DNA of 64,000 nucleotides from Emiliania huxleyi CCMP1516 (lineage: Eukaryota), in contig NW_005201732.1 of NCBI RefSeq assembly GCF_000372725.1, positions 1-64,000 on the forward strand, read 5' to 3'. Below, one piece after another: positions 34,959-46,297 of this stretch. A program made the position numbers and the translations under genes. Numbering within the stretch: the first letter of the stretch is position 1; each line of letters opens with the position of its first letter. The notes beneath the pieces were generated by a model. That model ran no database searches and was not told the origin of the DNA. It saw only the letters and a program-made list of their open reading frames with translations.

Positions 34959-36863
34959 TGCGGCGGCGGTTGGTGCTGTTGGTGCTGTTGCTGCTGCTGC
35001 ACCCGGATCGAGCTACCGAGGTCCGCGGCGTGGTTGCGATCGGCCTCGGTCCGCAGGTCGAAGTACGGGTTGGCTCGCCTCCACGGCCCCTTGGTGCGCC
35101 GGCGCCGGCATTCGGAGCACGCCTCTCCCCACCGCGAGCCAATCTCCTCCTCAAAGCACTCGGCGCACACAGCGCCGGGGCACGCGCAGGGGCGCGTCAG
35201 CAGCCCGGGCACGAAGAGGCCGCACGCGTCGCACGCGGGCACACGGCCCGCCAGACAGCCCGTCAGGTAAGGGTGGGCGTTGGCCCCGCCGCGCTTGAGG
35301 CTCGCCGCGTCCTTCTTGGATAGCGCGACCGTCCAGTTCTCCGCCCCGTTGGTCGCCATCTGCAGCTCGAGCACCGTCTTCTCGGCGGAGGGAGCCAGCC
35401 ACTCGGCCTCGGCTCCGCGCTTCTTCTTCTTGTCCTTTGGCGCCTGCTCTGCCCACTCCGCAGGCCGTCCAGAGCCGTCCTCCCCGCGCCCGCCCGCGCG
35501 CTGCACATCGCGCTGGTGGAGCGAGAGCGCGTAGTTGTACGCGTCGGCCTCGATCTCGTTCGGCTCGATCAGCTCGACTACATGCTCGACAGAGGCCTGC
35601 TGCCGCGCGAAGATGACCGCCCGGGGCGTGTGCAGGAAGGCGCCGTTGAGCTCCTCGAGGAGCAGCGCCTCGGCCTCGGGCCGCACACGGCTGCCCTCCT
35701 CGAAACGCTTGGCGGCCCACGGGCGGAATCCGCCGCTGAAGCGCCACGACGGGTGGCCGATCAGCCGGAGCATCGCGTACAGCCGCTTGGGGTCGCGCCC
35801 GGGCGTGCCAGAGAGAAGCAGCTTGGGGACCCGCTGGAAAGCCTCGACGTTGAGCATCTGGTTGGAGATGGTCGCGCCGTTTAGGTTGTGAGACTCGTCG
35901 ACCACCAAGAGGCGCGCGGACCGGCGCAGGTCGGTGACGACCTTGTCGTTCTTCGTCTGCTTGCCGGTGGTGTCGTACGGGTTGGTGCGCAGCGATAGCA
36001 TCTCCTTTGCGAAGATGAGCACGTCGAAGCGCTGTAGATCCGCTGGCAGCGGCGCTGCGCGGCCAAGAGGGAGGGTGAGACTAAGACGAGGTCTCGTGTG
36101 GCCAAGAGGGAGGGTGAGACTAAGACGAGGTGTCGTGTGGCCAAGAGGGAGGGTGAGACTAAGACGAGGTGTCGTGTGGCCAAGAGGGCGTCGGGGAAGA
36201 GGTCGTGTGCGCACCGCTGGGACGTTGCTCGACGTACACTCCTCCGCCGGTCCACGTCGAGAGGCGCTGGGCGCCCGACTCCTCGTAGTGATGGAGCTCC
36301 TTGTCGGCGCAATAGATGGCGAGCCCAGACACGCCGGGGTCGAAGTGGCGAGCGATCTGGGCGGCCCACTGAGGCACAATGACCTTGGGCGCAAAGACAA
36401 GAACAGCGCGCCGCTCGCATGGGCCTGCAGCAGGCATCGACCGAGCGATCGCGGCGAGCACCGACACCGTCTTCCCGCCGCCCGGCGCATCACAGAGCAC
36501 GATGCCCTCGCTCTCGCTTCCGTGCAGTCCCGCCCGATCCCTCGTCTTGCCGTTGGAGCAACGGTACATGGCCCGAGAGATTAGCCGCGCGTTCGAGGCC
36601 TGCCAGTCGTACAGCTGCGCTTCGCCGCGCTGCTTCGCCGCCTTGAGCCCGGGCGCCGTGAAGGCCAGCGCGTCTAGCAGCGCCGTGCACGCAGCTCGCG
36701 CCGACCGGAAGGACGGCGCCGGCAACAGAGCGCCGATGGTCTGCAGGAGATCGACGGGAAGCTCTGCGAGGCCCGTGCCAGCAACTTTCGGGCGGAGGAA
36801 CGAATAGGCCGGCGTGCGCACGCGAGAAGTGAAGAGCTCCTCAACCGAACTTGGCCGCGGCAT
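33756..36863 (-). CDS. F-box + SNF2-family ATPase with RING-like and C4-type zinc motifs (3 exons)
   Basis: F-box LAELPVDLLQTIGALL. Walker A DAPGGGKT, VVDESH, LLSGTP. Cys cluster CDAC..CACP..CAEC..CSEC. PolyQ. YWQCASC. Helicase C-terminal EGLDL..EQQAEARGMRLG. Introns 36055-36214 and ~34498-34571. Confidence 0.85.
36061..36188. repeat. Intronic 39-bp tandem repeat x3.3
   Basis: GGCCAAGAGGGAGGGTGAGACTAAGACGAGGTGTCGTGT starting at 36061, 36100 and 36139. Confidence 0.95.
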
Positions 36864-37074
36864 CGGAGATCTCTGATCTGCTTCCGATGGGACGGTGCGA
36901 GCGGAGGGGAGAGCACGGAGTGCGTACCTAGGGAGGCTTCGCCGGAAAAGAATTTTACAACGCCTCCCGGAAAAGAATTTTAAAAAGGAAGAATTTTACG
37001 GTGGCGCGGAAGCTCAACGCAGGGCCACCTCTGTCTGTCAAGAGTCCCCAGAAACCCGAGGAATCACACAGTCC

Positions 37075-37475
37075 TGTGTGATGCACGCCCTGCGAGCGGG
37101 GCGGGGTGCGCACTGTGCCTCTGACTGTGAGCTCTGTGTTCGTGCGTCGCCCATCTCTCTTGGAGATGACTGCTCTATTTATTTATTACGGGACTGGCGC
37201 GCACTAGCACTAACACAGGCAAAGGAAATTTATCCGTGCAAAGAATTTTTCCCTGCAATCCTCTCAGCTCTCTCGCACAACAACACTACGTTGATCGTTG
37301 ACGTTGTGCTGTGTGATGCACGCCCTGCGAGCGGGGCGGGGTGCGCGCCGCTGTGCCTCTGTGTTCGTGCGTCGCCCATACTCCTGGTAGTGGAGATGCA
37401 GCCTGCTCTATTTATTTAATTATTAACACTACGCACGGGTGACGGGACTGGCGCGCACTGGCACAGACTAACACG
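37075..37475. repeat. Two diverged direct copies of a ~150-bp non-coding repeat
   Basis: TGTGATGCACGCCCTGCGAGCGGGGCGGGGTGCGC..GGAGATG..CTGCTCTATTTATTTA..GGGACTGGCGCGCACT occurs at ~37076 and ~37311. Confidence 0.85.
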
Positions 37476-38389
37476 TCTCACGTGGCGAAAACGAAGAAGT
37501 TTCGGCACAGCCCTCAACGAAGGACAAAGCAGACTGGCACATGGACTGACGCGGCAAATGGGAAAAGAAACGCGAAAACTGTGCGTTCCCCGATTCGGAG
37601 TGACGAGTGCGGTGTCGTTCTGTTGAGTGTTGTCGGCTCTCAGACGAAAGGGAGAGGTATATTCCTGCCCTGCCCTGCGCTGCCCTACTGCCCTGCCCGC
37701 GTACTGCCGCACAACTGCCCTGCCCTGCCCTGCCCGATCCCCTACCTGCCCCGGGTGTGAAACCCACACTGCCATGCCCTGCCCTGCCCACACTGCCGAG
37801 GTGTGAATAGCCGGCCGCTCCCGAGGTCTCGAACAAACTTCTCTCAGCCGTATATGGCCATTTTTCCATATCTCCACCGGTCTAGAGTTTCCCTCGTGAG
37901 TCGTGTGAGGAGCTGTGTCGTGTGCTCGTGTGTCGAGAGCAAAAGCTGGCGCCAAGGCGCTCAAGGGCTGTACGCGGTGTCAGAGTTACCCCCTGATATG
38001 ATATCATGCCATTCTGACTGCAGACTCGCACCCCTCCCCCCCCTACTCTCGACCCAGTGTCCCCAGCTACACTCTCGGGCACGCGGACCGCTCTCACATA
38101 ACCGGCGCCCCGCTGTGGCTGTGTGCGGCCCCAACAGCAACAGTCAACGGCTGGGACACCCACAGCACACACCACAGACTGACACCGCCCCCCAAGATAC
38201 CGCCCTGCGCATCCCGCACGCCCTAACCTATTCCGCTGGCACACTCGCACACCACTCACTGGCCACCGCACGCACGCAGCGTCGAGTGACCAACCTCAAG
38301 GCGTGGGGAAGAGCCCGTATCTGCTTGCTTTGCGTGTCGGGATTGCCGCTGGCGTCCCCTGTCCTACCCCCGGTCCCTCTCCCTAGAGA

Positions 38390-39618
38390 CTACTGCCCGA
38401 CCGAGCACGACCACCACTCCTCGTTGTAGAGCACCGCCATGCGCGACTTGAACCAGACGCGCACCGGCACCGCAGGCTCTCGCTCCGGGTGCTGGAATGT
38501 GAAGCCGGCGACGCCCGGGTGCGCCGCGGCCCACGCCTTGGCCTCGGCGAAGGTCATGCAGGCGACGTGCACGTCGTCGCCCGCCAGGCAGTGCCCGCGG
38601 TACATGCCCTCGTGCAGCGGCCTGCGCACGCGGCGCCTTTGCGTGAGCGGCGGGCGGGCGGGCGGGCGGGCGGGCGGGCGGGCGGGCGGGCGGCGCGCGC
38701 CCGACGAGGGTCTGCTCCGCCGCGTCGACGGGCTGGGACGGCTGTCCGTCCTCGCGGAAGGACTGGCGGATCCAGACCTGCGAGACCCACTTTGTGCCGA
38801 CGGGAGGCAGCCCCGCGTGCAGCGCGTCGAGGTCGAGCTCGCCGTTGAGGAAGCCGGGGAAGAAGATGACCGCCATCCCCTTCTTCGGCTTGATCTCGAG
38901 GTTGAGCCGCCGGAAGAAGGTGCCGCCCCCGCCCTCGGGCACGTTGAGGTACATCAGCACCGTCCCGATCCGCTGCCCGCCGCTCGCGCAAAACGCCTTG
39001 CCCGCCGTCGTCTGCGGCGGGGAGGAGGCGGCGGTGAGGGAGCGGGCGGGCGGGCGGGCGGGTGGGCGGCGGCGGCGGCGGCGCGTGGGCGGCGCACGTG
39101 CGGGTCGACGCCGTCGTAGTGCTCGACGTACCGCTGCCCCTCGGTGTAGCGCGCGACCTGCGGCAGCTCCATGTGGTCGAAGGGCTTGCCGGTGAGCGCC
39201 TGGATCTTGGAGAGGAGGGCGGGGCACGGGTCCGCCTTCTTGGACAGGTGGCACGTCAGCGACGTCCGCCCGCGCGTCGCCTCGGAGCCGGCGACCGCGT
39301 GCGTCTTGGAGCGCTGCAGCAGCGGCGTGGCCACCTGCGAGCGCGGGCCGGGCCGGGTGGGCGAGCGCACGCCGGGAGCTCGGGCCACGCCACCGGGCTG
39401 CCGCCCTCTCCGCCCGGCGTGGCGCGCGCCTGCATCAAAGCGGCGCACTCGTCGTCGCTCAAGAAGTCGTGGCAGACGTAGATGGGAGGCTGCTCGTGAA
39501 TGCGCTTCAGCCCTGGGTAACCCATGTTCAGCGGCATGTACCAGATCATAGGCGCCGCTTCCGCTTGATCATTGCCGAGCCCGTGAGCATGCAGCGTTTG
39601 CGGGGCCACCCCGTACAT
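38390..39618 (-). CDS. Prolyl 4-hydroxylase-like 2OG-Fe(II) dioxygenase, copy A (4 exons)
   Basis: PPIYVCHDFLSDDEC, ELPQVARY..EHYD, GQRIGTVLMYLN..GGGTFF and LHAGLPPVGTKW (HxD...H...K). Confidence 0.9.
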
Positions 39619-42590
39619 GCTGAAATGTCCGCGGCGCCTGCGCGTCCAGCCGCAGACGCCGAACTTGGGCCTAAAAAAAGCGTCCAGCCGCAGACTACAA
39701 ACTTGCGCCTCCGCTTGGAGCGCCTCCGCGCAGGGTGCACGATCGGTGTGACACGAGTCTAGAGCGCGGTGTCCGGGCTTGATGCGAAAAAAGAATTTTA
39801 GGCCACAACACCGGGCGACGGCTAGCGCACCACACCCCTCTCCTTAAAATCCCTGTGTGGTGGCGGCGTGCCGTTCTCCCAAACACAGGTACACCGAAAA
39901 AAGAAAGTTGTTCGCTAGATTGACCCGCCAGAAAAACGGTATGGCGGTGGAGTGCTCTCTACTGCCGCGGCGCCCCTGTCGGTTCGGACGGAGGCGCCCG
40001 GCGGCCGCGCGCTTGGTGCCGACGTCGACCGGCTGTGCTCTCGCGGCGCCGAGGCGTGCCGCTTCGGTCACGTCACGCGCGCTGCGAGGTGTCTTTTGGC
40101 ATGTGAGCGCTGGCAGGAAACGCCAAGAAGCTGGTCTTCCATGTCTGCGGACCCCATCGTGTCTGTGCCGCGTCGCCGACGCCACTTGCCGCTCGCGGCT
40201 GCCCTGCCCTTCCCTGCCATATCGCGCAAACAAACACACACACACACAAACACACACATTGATTAATGATCGTAATAATTATTAATTATTAATCATCGGG
40301 CGGCGGCGCGGCGCGGTGGCGGGCGGCGCGAGGCGGCGGCGCGGCGAGGCAGCGGGCGACGCAGGGCGGGGCGGGGCGGCGCGGCGGCGGGTGGTATAAT
40401 TACTTATTAATTAATTAATAATGAATTAATAATCATCGGGCGGCGGCGCGGCGCGGCGGCGGGCGACGCGGAGCGGGGCGGCGCGAACATCTGCTCTGAT
40501 CAGGCCTCCGGCCTTTGAGGCAGGGCAATGGTCGCGCCGCCCTCGACTCAAGGGGCTGCCTTCCACACGTCGCTGCTCAGGCCGGGGGAGGGGGGGAGAC
40601 CTCCTGTTCCTCGCGGAACGGGAGCAGGCCCCTCCTTGCCCGGTCTGCGATGCAGGGCGGTGGTCGTGCCATCTTCGCTTCGTACAGACAACGACCACGC
40701 CGCAACCGTCGCCGGCGCGCGACACGTTCCCGTAGGCAGGACTGTCCTCGTCGAGAGTGTGTGCCGCCAAGGCGGGACGCACTCAGGGACAGGGCCGACG
40801 GGACGCGGCTCGAAGGGCGACTCCCGCGAAGGCACGGCTGGCATCCGTGGCGTGGGGCTCGTCTTCGAAAAGTCGGGCATGGCTCTACCCGCAACTTTCT
40901 CGCTAACACGCGCGCACCGCCGAGCCTGCGGCGGGCGCGCTGCGGCCGCACGTCCACCTCCGTCATAGTGCCACGACGTGCGGCCTAGATTTAGCCCACG
41001 CGCCTCTGCTCGCAAACACTCACCCATTGACTTGTCACTGCCCGTGAGTGCGAGATAGGGCTAGCAGTAGGCAGCTAGCCTCTGAGGAGGGCGTCCATAG
41101 ACACTTCACAAGACCCCACACACGATCTCGTCCGAAGAAGCGCACCCAGCGGGCCGGATGATCGGGATCGGGTTACGGGCTAGAGAGCCCTAGCCCTGGG
41201 GGGGTGCGCGTTCGCAGGGAAAGGGCCGTAAAACACAGGTCTCCGAGGGTTAGTTCTGCGCTTTGGGTGTTCCCTAGCGGCGGAAGGCCCCCTCTACTCG
41301 GAGCTAGTAAACACCAGACACGAGCCTGAGACGTACACTCTCACCCGACATCGCCACTCGGGGCACCTTCCTGTTCGCTTTCCCTCGGCTGCGGAGCCCG
41401 CCTTCCCCGCATTTTGCATTTATTTTGGTTTTGGGTGTCGGAGATCATCCATCGCAAGCATTGCTAAAAATCTCTCTCTCGCAAGCACTCATCAGTCAGT
41501 CACGTCAGTCAAAGCCGCGCCGAGCCGGTCTCGGCGGGAGACCTCGGAGCCGCACGCGATGCGGGCGTGCGCGATGGCTCCGTTGCGACCGTTGGCTCCG
41601 TGCCTAAGGCAGATAGATTTTAGGGTGTGAGCTGCGGCAGCCAGTCGGAGGCCGCGATGGATGGCCCAGGGCCGGTGGGGCGGTGAAGGCGTCCGTCGAT
41701 GTACGATGAAGGGATGTCGTCGAGGGAGCCATCGTCCTCCGCGGCTGGTGCACCGGTCCAGTTGTCGGAGTTCGAGATCGCAGTCGACTTGGAGGTTGAC
41801 GAACTCACGGAATGTGAGCGACTTGGTCTTGGATCTTGGTGCACGCTGGGTCGAGCATCATGGCTCGCACCTCATCCTCGGCCCACAGAAAGTGTGTCCG
41901 GGCTTGATGTGAAGAAAGAAAGTTATACGTTTCACCTCGTGAACTGAGAGCCCATGATCCCGCTCCCTGGCTGTCTGTTTTCTTTCTTTCTTTCTGAGAG
42001 GCCTGAGGGCTTGATGTGAAGAAAGAAAGTTAAAATGTGTTTCATAGAACCCTCGTCCTTGATCGTCCTTCCAAAATCCTGCTCGTGCAGGTGGGGACCT
42101 TGATCCTTGTCCTCCCATCCGTCGTTTGCCTTGTTTTCTTTCTTTTTTCCAATCGTTTGGGCTGTCTTCTCTTGCAGTTAAAACCAAAGTTACGGCGCCC
42201 GTGCCGGTGTCGAAACACCCTCCGACGCGCTCCACTCTAGCTCCGATGCGGCACACGGGGTGTGGGAAGGGTCTCCGGTTGCATCACAAAAGGATTACAA
42301 TTGTGCACTTTGGGCCCCCGGGGTGCGGAGGCGACCAACCGCTTGGCCAAGGCGGTCACCTCCGCGCGCCGCTATCACTGCGCGTAGCGCACCTGGCGCT
42401 GCCGCTAGTCGCCATCCCCCTCACCTTCATGCCGGGACGGAGCGGCTCCGTCCGCCAGACGGGGCCGCTCAGCCGCATGATGTCGGGCCTGCACTTGAGC
42501 ACAGGCTCGCGTGAGGGTGCAAAGGCAGCCACCGCCGTCAGCGGCTCCGCTACTGTTGTCACGCAGTCGGCTCGCACGCAAAATGGGACA

Positions 42591-43789
42591 ATGAGTCGTG
42601 CTCTGAAGGGCGAGGCGGCGGATACGAACGATGAGCGATACATGCGCCTGAAGCCTGACCACCCCGGGCTGCGGAGAATAAACGAGCGGCCTCCAATCTA
42701 TGTGTGTGATGACTTCTTGAGCGACGACGAGTGCGCCGCTTTGATGCAGGCGCGCGCCACGCCGGGCGGAGAGGGCGGCAGCCCGGTGGCGTGGCCCGAG
42801 CTCCCGGCGTGCGCTCGCCCACCCGGCCCGGCCCGCGCTCGCAGGTGGCCACGCCGCTGCTGCAGCGCTCCAAGACGCACGCGGTCGCCGGCTCCGAGGC
42901 GACGCGCGGGCGGACGTCGCTGACGTGCCACCTGTCCAAGAAGGCGGACCCGTGCCCCGCCCTCCTCTCCAAGATCCAGGCGCTCACCGGCAAGCCCTTC
43001 GACCACATGGAGCTGCCGCAGGTCGCGCGCTACACCGAGGGGCAGCGGTACGTCGAGCACTACGACGGCGTCGACCCGCACGTGCGCCGCCCACGCGCCG
43101 CCGCCGCCGCCGCCCACCCGCCCGCCCGCCCGCCCGCTCCCTCACCGCCGCCTCCTCCCCGCCGCAGACGACGGCGGGCAAGGCGTTTTGCGCGAGCGGC
43201 GGGCAGCGGATCGGGACGGTGCTGATGTACCTCAACGTGCCCGAGGGCGGGGGCGGCACCTTCTTCCGGCGGCTCAACCTCGAGATCAAGCCGAAGAAGG
43301 GGATGGCGGTCATCTTCTTCCCCGGCTTCCTCAACGGCGAGCTCGACCTCGACGCGCTGCACGCGGGGCTGCCTCCCGTCGGCACAAAGTGGGTCTCGCA
43401 GGTCTGGATCCGCCAGTCCTTCCGCGAGGACGGACAGCCGTCCCAGCCCGTCGACGCGGCGGAGCAGACCCTCGTCGGGCGCGCGCCGCCCGCCCGCCCG
43501 CCCGCCCGCCCGCCCGCCCGCCCGCCCGCCGCTCACGCAAAGGCGCCGCGTGCGCAGGCCGCTGCACGAGGGCATGTACCGCGGGCACTGCCTGGCGGGC
43601 GACGACGTGCACGTCGCCTGCATGACCTTCGCCGAGGCCAAGGCGTGGGCCGCGGCGCACCCGGGCGTCGCCGGCTTCACATTCCAGCACCCGGAGCGAG
43701 AGCCTGCGGTGCCGGTGCGCGTCTGGTTCAAGTCGCGCATGGCGGTGCTCTACAACGAGGAGTGGTGGTCGTGCTCGGTCGGGCAGTAG
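42591..43789 (+). CDS. Prolyl 4-hydroxylase-like 2OG-Fe(II) dioxygenase, copy B (introns 42750-42844, ~43082-43168, ~43479-43557)
   Basis: Same motifs as copy A. Bases 42711-43789 are the reverse complement of 38390-39468. Confidence 0.9.
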
Positions 43790-44521
43790 GGCGGCGGGGG
43801 AGGGGCAGAGGGGGGAGGGGCGGCGGGCACCTTGGGGCGTGGCAGAGCGTCGGTTTCGTCCGGCCTGCCGGGGTTATGGCGCCACAAGCCCACGACAGCC
43901 CGCACAGCTGACTACAGATCGCGGTAGGCACATCGCCTGGCAGGCGCACTGACCTGGCAGGCGCACACGCACACACTAGGCACCAGAGACTCGCCGTGGC
44001 GCCGTCACTTCTGTAGCGCTCGAGAGCCCGATTGGTCGGATCTCCGACCGTTGCGCGTGGATCTTAGCTCGTTTGGCCCTCACGCGTTTTGTGTGCGCGG
44101 GGCGGCCGCGCGCGGCGCACGGGCATGCATGCCGGCGCATGGGGGGCCGATCAGCCACTCGACTGCGCTCTGCGGCGCGGCGGTGTGACGTGTGACTCTC
44201 AGCCGCGCTTTGTCGTTCGTTCGGCTTGTGCGCGAGGCTCTATTTTGTTCTAGTTTCCTGTACGTCACTCTGACTCTCCAACTCTGGTCCCCTCGCCGCC
44301 CTCGCGCCTCGGAGATGTGTGGGCCCCCACGCCGCCACGGCGCACGGGCGCCACGCCACACGCACACCGCACACACGAACGCGAGGGGCCACACGCACAC
44401 CGCGGTCCGCGCCGACGCCCGCGACGCGGCACCAACGGCCCGCCCCTCTCTGGCGCGATATACGAGGGCCAGACGAGCTCACATACCACAACGCGCGGCG
44501 CGACGCCTCGCACATCACGCA

Positions 44522-46297
44522 TCAGCCGTGGTTCTTGTGGGTGGCAGAGTACTGGCGCTGCCTTCTCGTTGGCACGTAGACCCGCCTATCGTGCTGGCCC
44601 CCGCTGCTCGCCGGCGTCGCACCCGGCTGCTGCCCACCGCGGCTGCTGCCGCTCGCCCCGCGCGCAGCCTCCCGCCGGAGGGCGGGTCGCCGGTCGTAGC
44701 CGCACTGCTCCAGCAGCTCGCGGGCGCAGTTCAGGAAGTGGTTGAAGCGCCGGCCGCCCAGCATCGGCCCATCCACACGCCGGCTGACTGCCACGAGCAC
44801 GTTGGCGGCTCCGGCCGTCTCGAGCAGCTCTGCCAAGCGGCTAGCAGCACCAGCCTCGCCACCGTCATCGCAGCCCCGCTTCACCACCCCGCTCCCACCC
44901 TCAACCACGCGATACGCCCACGGCACGCACGCGGCGTGGCGCACGCGGCTGTCGCGGTGGACGGCAGACAGGGCGGCGAGCGCAGCATCCGCACTAGCGA
45001 TGCCGCACAGGTGCGCCTGGAAGGTGGAGCCAGAATCGTGCAGCTCGCTCCCGTGCTCGATGCTCCCGGCGTCCTGCCCCGGCCCTCCGCCTCGACCCTC
45101 CGCCTGCAGCATCTCAATCTCGCGCGCCCGCAGCACCGCCGCGAGGACCTCCTCCTCCTCCGCCGCCTGTGCCGCCTCCAGCGCGGCCGCCTCCACCGCC
45201 GCCGCTGCCTCAGCCGCTGCCAGCGCTTCCGCCGCCGCCTCCGCCTCGGCCGCCGCCTCCGCCTCTCGCCTGGTCGCCTCGGACACCACCGCCGCCTCCG
45301 CAGCCTCCTCTGCCGCCACCGCGGCCAAGGCGGCGCCCCAGGCGGCGTCGGACTCCTCCAGCTCAGCCTGCTGGAGCACTCGCGCCAACGCAGCGTCCTC
45401 GTCTGCGGCGGCCGCACGCCGCGCACTCGCCGCACCGGCGCCTTCGCTTCGAGAAGACGGAGGAGGCCGGGGCAGCAGCGGGCTCCCTTCTCCAGCGCCG
45501 AGCTGGGAGAGGCGGAGGGCCTCGGCCAACATCCAGCCGTCAAAGCCGTCGTCAAAGCCGTCGTCGCAGTGAGCTGAAGACGTGGCTGGTCGCGCGGCGG
45601 CGGCGGCGGCGGCGGGCGGCGGCGGTGGCAGCGCACGTGGCTCACGCGGCGCCTGCGTCTCACCCAGCGGGACAGGCACGGGCACTGTTGCAGCTCCAGA
45701 GACAGCCGCCTGCCTGTGGCCGAGCCAGTCGATAGGAAGCAGCTCCGATGGCGCGAGGCCGCCCTCCCACAGCGCCGCCGCCAGCTTCCGATCGAGGCGC
45801 CACAGCTTGTGCCGGCCGCTCATCTGGATCGGCTGGCGGAGCCGGCGGTGCCTGCAGAAGAGGAAGTAGTAATCGCGGCCATGCGCCGTCGCCTCCTCGC
45901 GCGCACCGTCGGGCAGCGTGCGCGCCCAGCCGTCAAACTCGCTCGCTTGCACGCAGTCCGCCATCTCGACGCAGCCGACGAGAGCTGATGTTGGATAGGC
46001 CGGCGGGAGCGTTGGCTCGCCCGGAGCGTCGAGCGAGTAGGTGTGCCTCACAAAGTCCTCCATCATTGCAATATCGGAGGGTCTCGGCTCGTGAGCTGCG
46101 GCGTGGATCCACAGTGGTCCACGGTGGCGACTGCTCCACACGCGGCCGTCCAGGCGCTGCAAGCCGTATGCTATGATCGATGCGAGCGGCTGATGGAAGG
46201 TTAGCACGGTGACCGGCGGCTGCTCACTGCGGTCGCCTGGCTGCGCCGCCCTCCCCACCGCCGCCCTCGCCGCCGCCGGACGCTGGGAGGCTGCCAT
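44522..46297 (-). CDS. ASCH (ASC-1-like) + UIM-like helices + IMPACT (UPF0029) fusion protein
   Basis: LTFHQPLASIIAYGLQRLDGRVW..HRGPLWIHAA, YPTSALVGCV and GRHKLW (ASCH). STFQAH..WAYRV..GCDDGGE..NVLVAVSR..LGGRRFNH (IMPACT). Confidence 0.85.
   Translation of the reverse strand: MAASQRPAAARAAVGRAAQPGDRSEQPPVTVLTFHQPLASIIAYGLQRLDGRVWSSRHRGPLWIHAAAHEPRPSDIAMMEDFVRHTYSLDAPGEPTLPPAYPTSALVGCVEMADCVQASEFDGWARTLPDGAREEATAHGRDYYFLFCRHRRLRQPIQMSGRHKLWRLDRKLAAALWEGGLAPSELLPIDWLGHRQAAVSGAATVPVPVPLGETQAPREPRALPPPPPAAAAAAARPATSSAHCDDGFDDGFDGWMLAEALRLSQLGAGEGSPLLPRPPPSSRSEGAGAASARRAAAADEDAALARVLQQAELEESDAAWGAALAAVAAEEAAEAAVVSEATRREAEAAAEAEAAAEALAAAEAAAAVEAAALEAAQAAEEEEVLAAVLRAREIEMLQAEGRGGGPGQDAGSIEHGSELHDSGSTFQAHLCGIASADAALAALSAVHRDSRVRHAACVPWAYRVVEGGSGVVKRGCDDGGEAGAASRLAELLETAGAANVLVAVSRRVDGPMLGGRRFNHFLNCARELLEQCGYDRRPALRREAARGASGSSRGGQQPGATPASSGGQHDRRVYVPTRRQRQYSATHKNHG

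Noticed and set aside
36061..36188. 39-bp repeats as CRISPR or as coding repeats
   Set aside because: Head-to-tail without spacers, and located inside a GT-AG intron.
41082..41140. CTGAGGA...GAA as a hammerhead ribozyme core
   Set aside because: The GAAA motif is imperfect and stems I and III could not be built.
41246..41254. CTAACCCT on the minus strand as a telomerase RNA template
   Set aside because: An 8-mer is expected by chance in 64 kb, and no other telomerase RNA features were recognisable.
40426..41947. ORFs in the P4H spacer as a recombinase or transposase
   Set aside because: No DDE, tyrosine or serine recombinase motifs seen.
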